Below, piece by piece: positions 63,288 to 64,000 of a DNA stretch of 64,000 nt. Source of the stretch: Antechinus flavipes (taxonomy: Eukaryota); contig NC_067400.1 in assembly GCF_016432865.1 (NCBI RefSeq), forward strand, positions 556,636,001 through 556,700,000. Reading direction: 5' to 3'. A model generated the notes under the pieces. It saw only the letters and a program-made list of their open reading frames with translations, made no database searches and was not told the DNA's origin. A program made the translations under genes and the position numbers. Numbering within the stretch: the stretch's first letter is position 1; the number at the start of each line of letters is the position of its first letter.

Positions 63288-63600
63288 ACTCACCTGCTTT
63301 CTTTATCAGCTGGGCTTCCTCTGCCCACATCTGCAGAACCCCAGACCTGTGCTCTGCCTATCTAGTACCTCAATCTTTTTTCCCTAGGGTGGTTGATAGC
63401 CTTTGGGCCACCCTTTGCTACTGAGATATTTATAGTAACTGCACAAACAATGCCTCTAGGACTTCAGGCTAAGGCTTAATAGTGACTCTTAAGGGACTCC
63501 TATATTCATAGGAAGCCTTTGAATTCACAGGTCTTGGGGAGTTGGGAGGGGGGGAGGGAGGGAGAGGGTCAGGGCTCCTCCCTCCTTCTCTCCTTCCCTG
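63288..63600 (-). promoter_or_regulatory. Candidate TATA promoter and non-coding first exon (probably of the OR at 53524-54471)
   Basis: Minus strand: G/C-rich tract at 63540-63600, CTATAAATA at 63427-63435, O/E-like TCCCTAGGGT at 63381-63390, and the donor CAG|GTGAGT at 63294/63293. Confidence 0.45.
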
Positions 63601-63838
63601 CCCAAATGGATCAAGATTTTTAAGTTTTACTGCTAAGAGACCTTAGGAATCAACTAGTCTAATTTTCATATTTTAGAGAAAGGAAATGAGATGTGATGAT
63701 AATTAACATTTATATACTGCTCTAACATTTACACAACCTTTCAAATGTATTTTCTTTTTTGAGCCTCCCAACAAAACTTAGAGTTCACAAGTCAAGTCAA
63801 TAAACATTTATTTAGTGCCACTGTGTGCCAAGCATTAT

Positions 63839-63973
63839 NNNNNNNNNNNNNNNNNNNNNNNNNNNNNNNNNNNNNNNNNNNNNNNNNNNNNNNNNNNNNN
63901 NNNNNNNNNNNNNNNNNNNNNNNNNNNNNNNNNNNNNNNNNNNNNNNNNNNNNNNNNNNNNNNNNNNNNNNNN
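63839..63973. other. Assembly gap (135 N)
   Basis: Run of N. Confidence 1.
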
Positions 63974-64000
63974 NTCTGGTAATATAATAATAATAAATAT

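Noticed and set aside
1-64000. CRISPR arrays, operons or other prokaryote-type systems
   Set aside because: No regularly spaced repeats or prokaryotic gene architecture were seen; the sequence is mammalian.

Overview
64 kb of AT-rich mammalian genomic DNA. The SINE and L1 types point to a marsupial, most likely a dasyurid; this is an inference. The window lies in the class I olfactory receptor (OR51) cluster, which in eutherians flanks the beta-globin locus; no globin gene is in the window. Five intact single-exon OR51 coding regions are present: two OR51Q1-like paralogues (-), a head-to-head OR51B5-like (-)/OR51B6-like (+) pair, and an atypical GC-rich OR51 (-). The rest is L1, L2, CR1, MIR/MAR1/WSINE1-type SINEs, four solo LTRs, hAT MITE remnants, a 7SL RNA retrocopy, microsatellites and two N gaps. 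Most notable: (1) a tandem CTCF motif pair, one with the upstream ZF9-11 module, plus a GATA site between the OR51B genes; (2) apparently reciprocally swapped C-termini between the two OR51B genes, suggesting an ancient inversion through the coding regions; (3) a 320 bp gene-conversion tract between the OR51Q1 paralogues that stops at TM3; (4) candidate OR promoters and non-coding first exons. Orthologue names come from remembered human protein sequences, and most repeat boundaries are approximate; both need database confirmation.
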